From the NCBI RefSeq assembly GCF_001447785.1, contig NW_015172125.1, positions 26,889 to 90,888 on the forward strand: DNA of 64,000 bases, written 5' to 3'. Position numbers and translations under genes: made by a program. Source of the DNA: Gekko japonicus. Lineage: Eukaryota. This document shows positions 11,122 to 22,349 of the stretch, piece after piece; position 1 is the first letter of the stretch; the number at the start of each line of letters is the position of its first letter. The notes beneath the pieces are model-generated. The model was not told the DNA's origin, did no database searches, and saw only the letters and a program-made list of their open reading frames with translations.

Positions 11122-13436
11122 CTATTTATGCAGGTCCAGCAGTCTCCAGTATTTAATGAAGGGTAGCCTCAGTGCTCCAGAGAATACAAACAATGGGTCT
11201 ACTAAGGGACATCCTGTCTTGGGCAAACTGCAAGACACACCCCCTCACACACACACACTTTCTCTGTATTGTATTTACACTGACACAGGCCAGATAGTAT
11301 TTCTAAGCATAATGGCTTCACTGTTTTATAGTTATGTGAAGCTTTTGGTGCTAAAGTAAGAGACACTGTTCGGTTTTGGAACTTTGCACTATAACACGTC
11401 CTGTATATTAAAAAGAGGTGAACATTTTGGGAACTTGTTTACAGTTATAGCATTGGGAAGACATTACATACATCTATAGGTATTTAGAATTTGTACATGG
11501 CAGGGCAGAAAGAAATTAAAATTCTCCCCATTATGTCATGATCTTCATTCATGCTCCTCCTATTTGCTAAATACTGTGGCATAGGGACAAACTGCATGTT
11601 ATGTTGAACGTTTGTGACTGGATCCTCCGGTGTGTGTTTAAAAACAACTGCAGGTGAGTAAAATATTAATTGGGGCCACAGCACTGGGGAAGGAGAACGT
11701 TAATCCTGTGTAGTTTTCCCCATTGAAATGACCACTCCTTGATATATTTTCACCTTAATTTTTTTTTGGGGGGGGGGAGACAGGCCCACTGTCACTTTGC
11801 CTACTGTGGTTAAACACAACCTTCAGGCTCCAGTTTCAATAAGAGGAAATGGTATCAGTGAAAAAACTAAATTGCCCCCTCCTCTTTTGAGGCCACCATC
11901 ACCACAGCTGCTTCTTAAGGCTAAACTCTGGTCATGGAACCTCAACATAATGTGTAGATAGGCCCTTGAAGGCGACAAGAGGTCTGAAACTGTAGGTCAT
12001 CTCATCTGCTCTGTTATGACCTCTTCTTTCCCTTCTTCCTCCATAAAATGTCCCCGATAGCCGTAAAAAAGCAGAGGGGTCGAAACCCCCAGCACAGCAC
12101 ATCTCCACAATGGATTCTGTGCCTCTTTCTGGTGTGTTTTTAATGCAATAGTTGTGCAATAGTTATCCAAGTTCCAGATAACTTACCCTCTTTATTGTGC
12201 TTCAGCTACAAGGATCTTGCACCCACTTGCCCAAATACCAATTTGTGTAGCTTGGGAAAGGCTATTTTAATCCTAGATCAATGCCACAATAGAGATTTTG
12301 AGTACAGTGTAGAATGTGGGTGTTTAGGCAACTGGGGCAACTGTTGCACAGAGATTCCATTTTGCGATTATACTAATTCCAGAAGTTCATAAGAACACAG
12401 TAATATAGTAATAAAGATAATAATAGCAGATTTAAAACTGCCTTACCATAGATCCCATCAGCAGCTGGCATGACACAAGCCCACAATGGCATTGCACATT
12501 AGGGTCTAACCAGATGTGACATTTTCTCAGAGTACAATTATGGGTAGCTGTATGTGTCATATGTGTCTGTTCAAATATGCCTCCATGTTGGTTCTCTTTT
12601 TTGCCCGCACATTTGCTGTATGCATGTTCATCTTGTCAGCATGATTGTATGCCCTTGTGTGCAGTTGATCCTGCATACATCTAGACTACTGAGAATGCAT
12701 CAGGAAATAGCAACACCAGGCTAGGTTTGCAGTGTGGTTTTTTTTGTCCAGTATGCTGCCTTTTCACAAGCAACACCACTGGGAGGTGCTGTGTACCACA
12801 GTTTTTATGGCTTGGCTTTTTTTGGTGGGGAGAGGGTGGTTTGGTATCATTCAGCTGGAAGAGGGCATTCTGTAACACATGCACACATTTGAACTTACGA
12901 GCATATACATATGAAAACAGGAGACTGAAATAGATACATAGCTATGAATACAAAAAAAAGGGAAACCCAACAGCATCTTCAAATCGTCATTGAAGCACAT
13001 TTGCTCCAATAATACCATCTTTATTAAAATAAGTCACAATCTCACACGGTTTATTTGCATGCAGTCCAGTCCCTAGACAGTTAAAGCCCAATCTTAAAGA
13101 TGAATTAGAGGAACAGTATGATAAATTAATGGGCTAATAACGGATGATTTTATTTAAATAAAAACATCTTCGAAACTTTTTTCTGTGTGTTTTCTGACAA
13201 ATACAAATGGGATGTATATTATGCCTTTCTCTGCATTGACGCTCAGCTTACAGTAGTGGAGTATCATATATGGATCTTATATACCATCAGACAAGTAGCA
13301 AAAATTAAATCTGGAAAAATGTCAACATTTACCTTTTATCCATAAATTATTCCTTGAATGTGAAATATCATAATACGACGTTTGCCTGGACAGCAGACGT
13401 ATGTGATAATAATAGTAATTACAGAATATTTGTATG

Positions 13437-14041
13437 TGGGGTTGCCAACTCAATGTTACAACTCCTGAAGATTTGGGGGAGGACAGGTTTTGGGGAGAGG
13501 AGGGATTTCAGCAACTTATAATGTCATAGAGTCCCCACTCCAAAGCAGCCATTTTCTCTAGGGGCATTGATCTCTGTAGACTGGAGATCAGTTGTAACTC
13601 TTGGAGATCTCATAGAATCAGAGTTGGAAGGGGCCATACAGGCCATCTAGTTCAACCCCCTGCTCAATGCAGGATCAACCTAGAGCATCCCTGACAAGTG
13701 TTTGTCCAACTGCTGCTTAAAGACTGCCAGTGAGGGGGAGCTCACCACCTCCCTAGGCAGCTGATTCCACTGTTGACCAACTCTTAGTGTAAAAACGTTT
13801 TTCCTAAGATCCAGCTGGTATCTTCCCGCCCTTAGTTTAAACCCATTATTGTGAATCCTATCCTCTGCTGCCAACAGGAACAGCTCCCTGCCCTCCTCTG
13901 ACAGCCCTTCAAATACTTAAAGAGAGCAATCAATCATGTCCCCCCTCAACCTCCTCTTCTCCAGACTAAACATTCCCAAGTCCCTCAGCCTTTCCTCATA
14001 GGGCTTGGTCTCCAGGCCCCACCTGGAGTTTGGCAGCCTTA
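13437..14041. mobile_element. hAT MITE split by a CR1 insertion
   Basis: Perfect TSD TTTGTATG at 13429-13436 and 14042-14049. Confidence 0.8.
13611..14010 (-). mobile_element. CR1 LINE 3' fragment
   Basis: ORF2 end NGFKL...FTLRVGQQWNQLPREVVSSPSLAVFKQQLDKHL; 3' terminus GGCCCCTTCCAACTCTGATTCTATG. Confidence 0.9.
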
Positions 14042-14255
14042 TTTGTATGTGTTTTCATGCACTTATCAGTTATAGCTCATGTGTTCTCAACTTTGCTCAG
14101 CCTGTGACCACTTTAAGATTTCTGTAAACACCACAAAATGGCTGCCTTAGGACAAATTGCTGAATGTAGGGAGGTTCCAACCCAAACATTCTCCTGTGAT
14201 GGCAGGTAGCCCCAAATTATTATTCAAGTGGTTTCCGAATAGGTGCTACCTGCAG

Positions 14256-14477
14256 TACGGTTGCCAGCTCTGGGTTGGGAAATACCTGGAGATTATTTTT
14301 TTTGGGGGGTGAAGCCTGGGTAGGGTTTGGGGAGTGGAGAGACCTCAGCAGGGTATAATGGCATAGAGTCCACCTGCCAAAGCAGCCATTTTCTCCAGGG
14401 GAACTGATCTTGATCTTTTGGAGATCAGTTGTAATAGCGGGAGATCTTCTGGTGCCACCTGGAGGTTGGCAGCCCGA
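14256..14477. mobile_element. hAT MITE
   Basis: TSD ACCTGCAG/TCCTGCAG; same family as 4223. Confidence 0.75.
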
Positions 14478-14906
14478 TCCTGCAGACACAAAGGTGTTTT
14501 CTCTAGTCTAATGGTTTTCTGAAGCACTCCCTTTCCAGTGAGATGCAGGAAAGCCTGGATTGGCTCTTTGTTGTGAGTAAAGAGATGCTTTGCAGGAGAC
14601 GGGAGTGAAAACCAGGAAATACATCAGCAGTCCCCATGGCACAAGGATTGCCAGCTCCAGTTTGGGCATTCTGGTAGATTTGGGTCTGTTTCTAGGGAGG
14701 CAGTTCAGTGGGGATGTAATTTCATTGAGTCCAGCCTGGAGTTTGGCATCCCCATATGGCACATGTTGGGTTTCACTGGTGTGGATCTTTAAGTATGACA
14801 ATGCCAGACTGCTACTCAGTGTGATCACATGATTTCTATGTTCTGAATCTGATTCTGTTTGCCCTAGGTGGAATTCTTTTACTACTTGGAATTGTTCCAT
14901 CCTTCA

Positions 14907-16152
14907 TTTGTTTGTTTATTTAAAACGTTTTTATGCCGCCTCCCCACCTAATTAGGGCCTACAAGGTGGTGAATATAAAAACATTTAAACAATTAAAATA
15001 CAGCTAAAATATAAAATAAAATTAAAAACATATAAACAAACAGCACTTGAAGAAGGGCCAATAACTATTATTGGGTATAGGCCAGAGAAAACAAAAAATG
15101 TCTTCACCTGCTGGCAAAAGACACCAATGGAGGGCGAGTGACTACTTGAATTGGAGAGGGAGTACCAAACCTTTGGTGCCATGATGGAGAAGGCCCTGGC
15201 AGGAAAAACTGAAGCAGAGCCTCTGAGGATGACCAGAGTGAAAAGGTAGGTTTGTATGGAGAAGGTGATCCCTAAGGCTGTACAGGGCTTTAAATGTCAA
15301 TACCAACACCTTGAATTGAGCCTGGAAACAAATTGGAAGCCAGTGTAGATGGAACAAGACAGAAGTGATATGACCCACTCCAGTCAACGCTGATCACAGC
15401 ATTCTGTACCAGTTGCAGCTTCTGGATACTCTTCAAGAGCAGCCTCATGTACCGTGCATTGCAGTAATCTAGTCTAGATGGTACCAGGGCATGTACCACA
15501 GTGGCAAGATCTTTTCTGTCCAGAACAGTTGCAGCTGGCTTACCAGCTGAAGCTGCTGAAAGGCACCCCGGGCCACTGCTGCCACCTGTTTATCCAAAAG
15601 GAGGCCTGGATCCAGGAACACCAAATAACAAACCTGCTCCTTTAAGGGGAGTGCAACCCCATCCAGAACAGGGGATAACCCATTTCCCAGGTCAAACTTT
15701 CCCCCCACCAGAAGTAGCTCTGTTTTGTTGGGATTAAGTTTCATTTTATTAGCCCCCATCCATTCCAAAACTGCCTCCAGGCACCTGTTTACCGTTTCTA
15801 CAGCCTCTGTGGGATCTGCTGGTAGCTCAAGATAGAGCTGAGTGTCATCTGCATATTGGTGGCAGCCCAGCCCAAATCTCTACATGACCTCTCCCAGTGG
15901 CTCTAATATGATGTTGAAAACATGGGGGACCTGATGGAGCCTTAGGGATCCCCATAGGCCAAAGGCGGAGCAGCAGTCTGAAACATACCCTCCAGGTAGG
16001 ACCATAACCACCGCAGAACAGTCCCTCCCCATCCCAGTCATGAAAGGACTCAGAAGAATACCATGATAAATGGTATCAAAAGCCAACAAGAGGACCAGAA
16101 GAATTAACAGGGTTGCACTCCTTCTCTCCATTTCCTGGAGCATATCATCCAT
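14907..16152 (-). mobile_element. L2 LINE, degenerate 3' part
   Basis: Frameshifted RT pieces LLAFDTIYHGILL, MKLNPNKTELL, SRLDYCNA, LQLVQNA, LHWLPI..FKVL; AAATAAAC tail. Confidence 0.9.
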
Positions 16153-16651
16153 GATTCAATAGCAGAGGCCAACTCACAAATATTAGATTATTAGATATCA
16201 GCTAAATAAAAAAAAATCATTCGATAACAGACTTCAAACTACATAGCACTGGGGTTTGGGATATATTTGTAGGTTAAGTTTGTTTTGACATTTGTCTTCT
16301 TTGGGAAGACAAAAATGTGATTAGTATTCTGAAACAAGTATGGACTGGATGAAGAGAAATAACTTCAAGCTCAGCTGAGACAAATCAGAAATTATTCTGG
16401 TGGGGACTCAGTGGAGTTACTGGGTAGATAGAATTGGATTTGACTACCTGGGGCTGCCATTGAAGAGTATTTGGAAACTTCCCTAGTGCAAAATGCTGCA
16501 GCTGGACAGTGATCTGGTATTACATGGCAACGGATAGTTCAGTTCTACCACAAATGCTCACTGAAGTGTAGCATTAAAAAAAACCCTTCTGTTCAAAAGC
16601 TATCATGTATTGGGAAAAGGACCTCAGCATCTGCTGTTGCTGGACCCCAAG

Positions 16652-17767
16652 CAGGGTTGGCCAAACTTGCTTAGCTTAAGAGTCACATAGAATAAACATC
16701 AGATGTTTGAGAGCCACAAGATATGAACAAATATTACACAAACATTTTATTGAAAAATATCCAAATATGATTTTTATTGAGACTGCCAAAAATAAAAAAC
16801 AAAAGGGGTAAAAACAAATATTGATAATGATATTTATTTGTCCAATTATATTTATTTGTTTGCTAACTATATTTATTTGTCTGAGAGAGAGAGAGAGGTG
16901 GAAAGAAAGAATGAAAGAGGTGGAAAGAGAAAAAGAGAGAGAGAGAAACAAAGAAAGCAAAGAGATGAGGAGGGAGGAAGAAGGAAGGTAGGTAGGCAGG
17001 CAAATAGATGAGGATGGAGGGAGGGAGGAAGGGGGGAAAGACAGAAAGAGAGAGAGAAAAACAAAGAAAGCAAATAGAAAGAGAAAGGAAGGGAGAAAGA
17101 GGTGGAAAGAAAGCAACTAGATGGCGCAGGAAGGAAGGGAAAAAAGAGAGAGGTAGAAAGAAAGCAAATAAATGGGGAGGAAAGGAGGAAGGGAGGGAGA
17201 GGTAGAAAGAAAGCAACTTTAGCTATAAATGTGTTCTCCAACCCCCACCCCTCCCCATGCCAGCCAGCTTGCTGAAGGGATTTAGAGAGACAAATGCCTT
17301 CTCCAAGTTGGTGGGTGGGGCCTCTGGGGCGGGGGAGCGAAGCGAGCTGGCTGGTGTGGCGGGGCTTGGGGGACACATCTAACTTTAGATGGGGAGGGAT
17401 GGGAGAAAGAGAGAGAGAAAGTGGAAAGAAAGCAAATAGATGGGGGAGGGAGGGAGAGGTGGAAAGAAAGCAGCTTTAAGTTTAGATGTGTCCTCCAAGG
17501 CCGGCTGGCTTGGCTTAGAGAAAGGATTTAAAGAGACAAATGACTTCTCCAAGCCAGCCAGAAGCTTTGAGAACACATTTAAAGTTGCTTTCTTTCTCTG
17601 CTCCCCCCCACCTCAAGCCTATCCAGGGAGGGAACACTGGCTGGGGAAGGGAAGACCGATCTGGGAGGCATGCCTCCCCTTTGCTTCCCCAGCCGCCCTG
17701 TTGGAAGTTGCACAATATGTGTGAAAGAGCCGCATGTGGCTCCCAAGCTGCAGTTTGACCACCCCTG
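16652..17767. mobile_element. Non-autonomous hAT (Charlie-like) element with GA-rich internal repeats
   Basis: CAGGGTTGGCCAAACT...AGTTTGACCACCCCTG; internal gagaggtggaaagaaagcaa units. Confidence 0.7.
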
Positions 17768-17959
17768 CCCTAAAGGATACCACACTCTCCCACTCCCAGG
17801 GCTAGCCAAAGAGTCTTCTTCAGCCTCCTAGACAAATGACTCCCTCCCCCATGCATTGCAGGGAAGCTGCCTCCCAGGGGCCAGGGCCGTGGCTTACCAT
17901 CACCAATCCTGGATCTGGCAAAGGAGGAAGGCCCTATTCACCTCCTGGTTGCCTTGCCA

Positions 17960-18315
17960 TGACACAGCAGCTGTGGTTGCTGCTGTGTCATGCCTCCCAA
18001 TCCCTGCCTGCTGCAGGAGGGCTGGCTTGGCACCGCTCCAGCTCTGGGACAGACAGGCAATTGCCTAGGTAAGCCTAGTGGACTCTGCCCTCTCCCCCTT
18101 ATTGGCGCCTCCATTCCCATCTCACCATTCCTCTGGTTGCCTCCCTCCACGTATCTCTCTGTCCCACAAGATATCCATTCTTCATTATCGCCTGTGTTCC
18201 AGCATTCACCTAATATAGCTCATGAAGTCTCTCCTTTGGCTCTTCTATTTGGTCTCTATTTATAGCTCTCCATTGGACTCCTCTCACTCCTATTTTAAGC
18301 CCAAGCAGCTGATGT
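17960..18315 (+). promoter_or_regulatory. Candidate muscle promoter/enhancer upstream of LSMEM2
   Basis: Perfect MEF2 site CTATTTATAG 18256-18265, MEF2-like CTATTTTAAG ~18290, CAGCTG E-boxes 17968 and 18306, and donor TAG|gtaagc at 18068 (possible non-coding exon 1). Confidence 0.4.
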
Positions 18316-20029
18316 GGCAGGCAGAAGCCTATGTTTACCTTCCCATCAGTTCCCCGGGTGTGTGTGTGCGCGTGCGTGTGTCTGTAGAGGCCCGTCATAG
18401 CATATTCCACATCCATTTTTTTTCTTGTGTTGACTCTGGAAAAGCCACTGGAAGAGGAGCCTGGCTCTAGTGATGCCCAGCGAGACTGGAAAAGGTACCA
18501 TCTGTGTGGGGACAGGATTGCAAAGGTATATTAAGGGGAGATGTAAAACAGTTGCTCATGGTGGAGAAAGGGAGCGCTGCTAGTAGAGCCATTGCACCTC
18601 CTCGAGATCTTGAGTACAGGCTAGTGGTAGGCGCTTCCTTGCTATCTCAGGCACCTCAGACAGTAATCATGTGGCAGGATTATCGGCATAGCTAGCTATG
18701 ACCATGATAGCTTGATGGGGAGGGAGCCTAAGGTGTTTTTGCTCAATATGGGATGGGTGGAATGAGGGGCAGGGAATCCTGGCTCAGGTGAACACGCTGG
18801 CAGCTCTAGTTGGCACAGACCAAAGCAGAGCTTAGGAAACACTTGCTGAAGTTGGGCAGGTTCAAAAGAATGAGAAGCTTGGTCTAGGGGAGAGTGATCC
18901 TGGCACGGGAAAGAGACGGGGAGGTGAACAAGGTGTAAATCTGTCTGAATGACATATAATTAACACCACAGTTGTTGACTCTCTCCACTATGGCTGAGTC
19001 AAGCCCACTTCTCTCCAGCTCACGAAAGCATGCCAGGTGTGTCTGTCTCATGGTTACCAGAGTCTGATTTAGCTGCAAGAGCCAGGTTCCTAATTTAAGC
19101 ACTTCCCTGGACTATTTGCGCCCCCCCCCCATATTGCTGTGGCAAGCAGGATTGCAGTTTTGCCCCATATCAGGCAAGATGGACGAGTGGGGCTATCTAG
19201 TGCTATAGCCCAGGATGGGAGACAACTTTGCTGCAAAATGTCTTGGGCTGTGACCACATATGAAATGTGTAGGGGAGAAATGGGGATGATAATGTTCTCA
19301 CGGACAGTGCTGTTGAAGATGTGGCAGCAGGCTTCTGCACAAGAGACATCAGTCCTACCCACAGAGCTTAATATTATAGTATATGTATCTCATAAGGCTA
19401 AAAAACTAGTCATTTTATTTTATTTTTATGACAATGTTATATTTCACAAGGAAAGGTATTTTCAAGGCACGGGGAGCAGTTGTGAATACAGAACTGTTAG
19501 GGTGCAGAATCGTAAGACTGATTCACAGAAGTCCTGAGTGCTGTTTAACATTGTGTCCTGAACTTCACAACTGCAACAGAGCCAGAGTTAACAGTGATAT
19601 TTCTTGACCTGTTTGTCTTATGCAGCATCACATTGTGATTAAAATGTCTGAATAATTAGCTTGTCTCAGACAGAATGCTAAACCATGGTTTATTTTAACC
19701 GTAGTTAGTTTGGGAAACCGGGATTGTGTTTGCAGGCAGACATTCAAATTCTGGGCTCATTGCTTTCGCTCTTTCCCCTGCTTCTCCCACGGAGACCTAG
19801 CTGATATTCCAGCCTACATTATGGTGAGGGCAGTACCAGGATTAAGCCAGGATGTCTGTATGTGCACATCAGTCAACTTCATAGCTAATAATATAATAAT
19901 AATAATCTTTCAATTTATTAATTGCTCAATCCTGCAGAGTTTACTGGCTCTGAGCGATTTACAGTTACTCATTCATGCAGGACTAACAATGATTTATGAG
20001 GGTAAGGGAGGACAACATATATCTTTTAA

Positions 20030-20470
20030 ATCACACACATTCACAGTCAGCGAGGGTTTGTTCAGCTGCGGGTCAGACGTGTTCCGTCGGCATATTCACT
20101 TCGGCTTGGCTAGATGACATCAGCTTCTCCAGGTCTTGCAGCGCCGCACTGCCACCGCCTGGCCAGAACGGCCCATTACAGGCTTCTCGGAGTCAAAGAG
20201 ATTTTTTCTTAGGCTTTCAATCTTGCGAACTGAGCATTCCGGTCGCTGGCTAACTCCTCCCCCACGGGGGGCGGGGGGGTTGGTGTGCCCACCCTCTCTA
20301 AGGAGTGGTACCCATTTTATCTACGCGCCAAAGTTTTCGAACCGCTGTGTGGACAGCGAGTTAGGGACAAGGCTGGTAGCTCACACCAACACGGGGCTAG
20401 AACTGACAGCCGTACTGTTCAGCTCAGATGTTACTAACCAGAGGATAAATCCTCTGTGCCACCGCTCCCC
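20030..20470 (-). mobile_element. SINE with Sauria-like 5' half and unrelated 3' half
   Basis: 20300-20470 aligns by eye to the Sauria SINE head at 42790-42968; CpG-rich. Confidence 0.6.
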
Positions 20471-22305
20471 AATCATGAAATTGGTTTAACATTTCCTCAC
20501 CAACTACATTTAATAAAGTGGCTAATGTTTGGAGAGTCACACTAACCATACGTATTTATTTAATTTGTTTAAACCCCACCTTCCACAGAAATGGGGACCC
20601 AAAGTCGCTTACAACATTCTCTGTTTCATTTTATCCTCAAAGCAACCCTCCAAGGTAGGTTAGGGCTGTGAAAATTACTGACCCAAGGCCACCCACAAAC
20701 CTTCCATGGGTCTCTCAGCTACATCAACAGTGCTCAGAGAAGCATTTTAACAACATGAACTAAATATTTCTATTACAATTTGTTTGTTTTTAAGCAAATG
20801 GATAATTTGTAAGAATAAAAATCCTTCTAGCAGCCCAGATGAGGATTAAGTGCATGAAAAGGAGAATTTGCAGGATCCTAGAATATTTCTGCACAATTCA
20901 GTGGATGTTAGTTACTAGGCCTAGTTCTCCCTGAGGTGGCCAGCAGATATGGAATGTGTCACTTCAGAGTGGGTGTGTGTATCACACATAAATACCAGAT
21001 GTCAGAGAGAAGAACTTTTCTAGCCAATCCTTCTCCCTCACATTCGGTTTTCTGTGTGTAGGACTGGGCAGGGGGGAGCATTCAGTCATGTGAGCCTCCA
21101 TCTTTAATCTGAAGTGGTACAGCCCAGATAAGTTTGCCTCTTCAGTAAACTCCAAAGTAGCTGTGCCTGTGCTTTTAACAGATGCACAGCAAGCATAAAT
21201 TCAGATGTGGCTTCACCCAGAATCATTAGTGATGCAGTGACAGGAGAACTACCTCTGTTGCTTTTCTGTTTTTCATGCAACCCTGTGCAATTCCCTTCTG
21301 ATTGGTCCTTAAAACGGAACTATGAAGTCTATGTCCTTTGTGTCCTTGAAAAATATGATCCCCAAATGCCTGCGATGTTGGTCCATGATATAGTTGGTAG
21401 CACTTAATTAGCAAAAGATTCCCACTGAAGGGATAGGGTTGCCCGCTTTTTGTGTGTGTCTCCCCCAGTAGAATGCTTGTTCCTTTAACAGCAGCATGAC
21501 AAGCAGAAGTCCAGCAAGTGAAGCTTCTACCATTTCTGTATCTCTATGCAAGCAAGAAAGAAATTCACTTGTTAGATTTTTGCTGCTGCATTGCTATTAA
21601 AGCAGTTATCAAGATGGGACAGCAAAAAAGCAAATCAGATTCAGAAAATAATAAGAGGTCCCAGGGCAAGTAATGCCATTAAAACAGCACTGATCTCAGT
21701 TTTGCAGCTTTTGCAGTTTGACAAACGAGCCTCTGTGTTGGGTGTCATCTATGCAATTAGGCCATGAGAAAAGGACTGTGGTTCTATTAAGGCAAGAGGG
21801 CTTATGTGGGATGCAGCAGTGCCACTCAGGATTCCACCCCCTCTAAGGAGGCACTGAAGGTTCTGTCCCTGGGTGACTGGGCAGCAACTAAACAGTTTAA
21901 ATGGGGAAAGGGAAGGGTAATACTAGCCTATTCTCTTGCATGGCAGAATCTGAGGCATTAAAGCCAGGGTGCTTCAGCTGTCCCAGGGGACTGGTAATAA
22001 GAGATGGCCTCAGGGTCAAAAACACTGGGTGTGTTGTCTAGGCCTTTCCCACTCAAGGAATCTCTGGAGGACCTTGACCTCATATGATATGGGGAAGAGA
22101 AGAATTACTGTCGGTGCGGGATCACATTGCCAACAACCTTGTCAGGGGTAAGCACTGTTGCACATCTTCTTGGGCCAACAACCCACTGACCCACCCACTG
22201 CAGCCACAAAGACAGGACTGGACCTCCCTCCCTCCATGCATACTCCATTGTGGCTTCTCCTCTTCCTTCCCCTGCTTGCAGCAGGTAGCCTGCCTGTGTG
22301 TGGCA

Positions 22306-22349
22306 ATGATGGCAGCCAGGATCAGCTGCGGCCACCCAGAGGGAGCCAG
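22306..22349 (+). CDS. LSMEM2: LSMEM2 putative first coding exon (MMAARISCGHPEGAR)
   Basis: Polypyrimidine acceptor at 22281 and donor CAG|gtaaag at 22349; phase 2 joins in frame to the 24497 acceptor. No homology support. Confidence 0.45.

Noticed and set aside
16676-17376. Hydrophobic S/L/F-rich ORFs resembling membrane proteins
   Set aside because: Translation of GA-rich low-complexity repeats inside a hAT element.
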